Shown here: piece by piece, positions 62,886-64,000 of the stretch
Numbering within the stretch: position 1 is the first letter of the stretch
How the letters are laid out: the number at the start of each line of letters is the position of its first letter
Assembly (NCBI GenBank): GCA_000002445.1
Contig: CH464491.1
Location: 288,001-352,000 of the forward strand
DNA: 64,000 nucleotides
From: Trypanosoma brucei
Taxonomy: Eukaryota
Reading direction: 5' to 3'
Notes under the pieces: model-generated
Told to the model about the DNA's origin: nothing
The model's database searches: none
What the model saw: the letters and a program-made list of their open reading frames with translations, nothing else
Made by a program: the position numbers and the translations under genes

Positions 62886-64000
62886 ATGGTGACCACACAA
62901 CCTAACCAGAGGCGGAAGCAGGGGCGTGCGCATTCTTTGGGTATGGCGTCAGAGCAACGTGAGTATGAAGCCATAATGGCACAAATAAAGAATATCATGC
63001 TACTGGCCAATGAGGAACCACCACAAGGTGAAGATGAGGCCTCCATTGCGAAGCGCATTGACTTGCTTCAACAGGCCCTTGGAGCATTGGAGCAGAGGGC
63101 GAAGGACAACCAACTGATGGTGGAAGTGATGCGGACAAATTTACTGAACAAACGGCAGGAGCGGCTCGTGGAAACGGCTCAGCAGAGACAGGAAAAGTTG
63201 TCCAAGAAGCTAGAGGAAAGAGAAAAGTTTATCCACCTTTTGCAAGAGGACCGTAAGTATATGCTAAGTCAAAAACATGAGGTAGCGGACTCACGAATGG
63301 GTTTGGTGCAAGAGAACGCGTACAACTTGTTCACAACAGCACATGCAAAGGCTGAGGCCGAAAGGCAGCGCAGGGAGAAGGCCGTAGAAAGGATTTATGA
63401 GGAACGGGCGCGTGCGGTAAAGGAACACAGGGACAGAACACAACAGCGCGAAGACCAGAATCGTGAAGCTCTGCTGAGGCAAAAGAAACAGGAGAAGCTC
63501 CAGCGCCGGCAGAGGGAGTTGGAAATTCAAGAGCACGATAAGTACGTGGCGAAACGGCAATACGAAGCGGACAGAAAGCAACAAGAGGCAATGAGGGAGC
63601 AGTGGCAACCGTATTTGCGTAACGGCGCTTCAAGCGCGAATGCCCTGCAACGTTGCGGATCTGGTATGACTGCACATGAGGCTGCGCGTCAGAACCTTAT
63701 GGATGAGTTGAAGGAAAAGGAAAAGCAACACCAGGAACGATACGAAGAAGAGCAGATAACTAGACGTTACGAAATAGAGAGACGGGCCTACAAACATAAG
63801 GAGCGGCAAGAGAGGCAACGCCAGCGATACAGTCAACAGCTGGACGAGAGAATAAAGCGTGGTGACGAAATAATTGCGAAAGCGCAAGAAAAAAAGCGAC
63901 GTGCTGAAAAGGCTCAGGAAAATCGTCAGAAGCAAGAATCAGACGCGGGCGCTGCATTTGCTCGGGACGTAGAGGAACACCGAAAGCGGGCTGAGGCCAT
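62886..64000 (+). CDS. Charged coiled-coil (E/R/K/Q-rich) protein, 3' partial (continues past the window end)
   Basis: Manual translation from ATG 62886 (MVTTQPNQRRKQGRAHSLGMASEQREYEAIMAQIKNIML...) is open to nt 64000 with no stop. It is not in the ORF track because it has no in-window stop. A poly-Y/AG signal lies at 62545-62604. Three listed minus-strand ORFs (63291-63935) are antisense artefacts of it. Confidence 0.6.
   Translation, partial: MVTTQPNQRRKQGRAHSLGMASEQREYEAIMAQIKNIMLLANEEPPQGEDEASIAKRIDLLQQALGALEQRAKDNQLMVEVMRTNLLNKRQERLVETAQQRQEKLSKKLEEREKFIHLLQEDRKYMLSQKHEVADSRMGLVQENAYNLFTTAHAKAEAERQRREKAVERIYEERARAVKEHRDRTQQREDQNREALLRQKKQEKLQRRQRELEIQEHDKYVAKRQYEADRKQQEAMREQWQPYLRNGASSANALQRCGSGMTAHEAARQNLMDELKEKEKQHQERYEEEQITRRYEIERRAYKHKERQERQRQRYSQQLDERIKRGDEIIAKAQEKKRRAEKAQENRQKQESDAGAAFARDVEEHRKRAEA

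Noticed and set aside
1-64000. Alternative origin as Trypanosoma cruzi FRA/H49/JL7 calpain-like antigen locus
   Set aside because: T. cruzi FRA also has 68-aa repeats in a calpain-like FAZ protein. However the unit sequence here differs from the FRA consensus as I recall it, and the T-rich intergenic style fits T. brucei-group better. This is not excluded without a database search.

Overview
This window is nuclear DNA from a kinetoplastid, most likely a Trypanosoma brucei-group trypanosome, and not a prokaryote. Three lines of evidence support that. All twelve protein-coding genes lie on the + strand, as expected for a polycistronic unit. Intergenic regions carry long poly-T/poly-pyrimidine tracts followed by AG dinucleotides, which look like spliced-leader acceptor signals, together with (TA)n and (AAAT)n microsatellites. 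The first 10 kb is a near-perfect 204-bp (68-aa) in-frame tandem repeat array that ends in a calpain-like domain, the architecture of the flagellum-attachment-zone antigen ClpGM6. The window holds three tandem giant calpain-like genes. Gene 1 (1-12914, 5' end outside the window) has at least 50 homogenised 68-aa units, 4 degenerate units and a catalytically degenerate calpain-like module. Gene 2 (15463-32859, at least 5.8k aa, 3' end lost in an N-gap) has two tandem N-terminal calpain-like modules, about 60 highly diverged 68-70-aa repeats of the same family, and the same C-terminal module. Gene 3 (32960-37993, 5' end lost in the gap) has diverged repeats and a mosaic copy of the C-terminal module. 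Downstream follow: a radial spoke protein 3 homolog; a Vps11/18-type HOPS/CORVET subunit with a C-terminal RING-H2 finger; a Plus3 (Rtf1-like) domain protein; a CDC2-related kinase; a RING plus PHD finger protein; a LisH-CTLH-WD40 protein; a DNAAF3-like axonemal dynein assembly factor; a protein with a threefold [DE]CTF[RQ]P motif; and a charged coiled-coil protein that runs off the window end. There are two 100-N assembly gaps (8584-8683 and 32860-32959) flanked by low-quality or duplicated sequence. The most interesting signals are four. First, a homogenised repeat array sits next to a paralogous gene whose repeats of the same family have diverged to under 40% identity. Second, mosaic gene-conversion tracts link the three C-terminal modules. 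Third, gene 2 carries a two-unit (A/B) super-repeat. Fourth, a 645-bp internal duplicate at a gap edge is either a third paralog or a misassembly.
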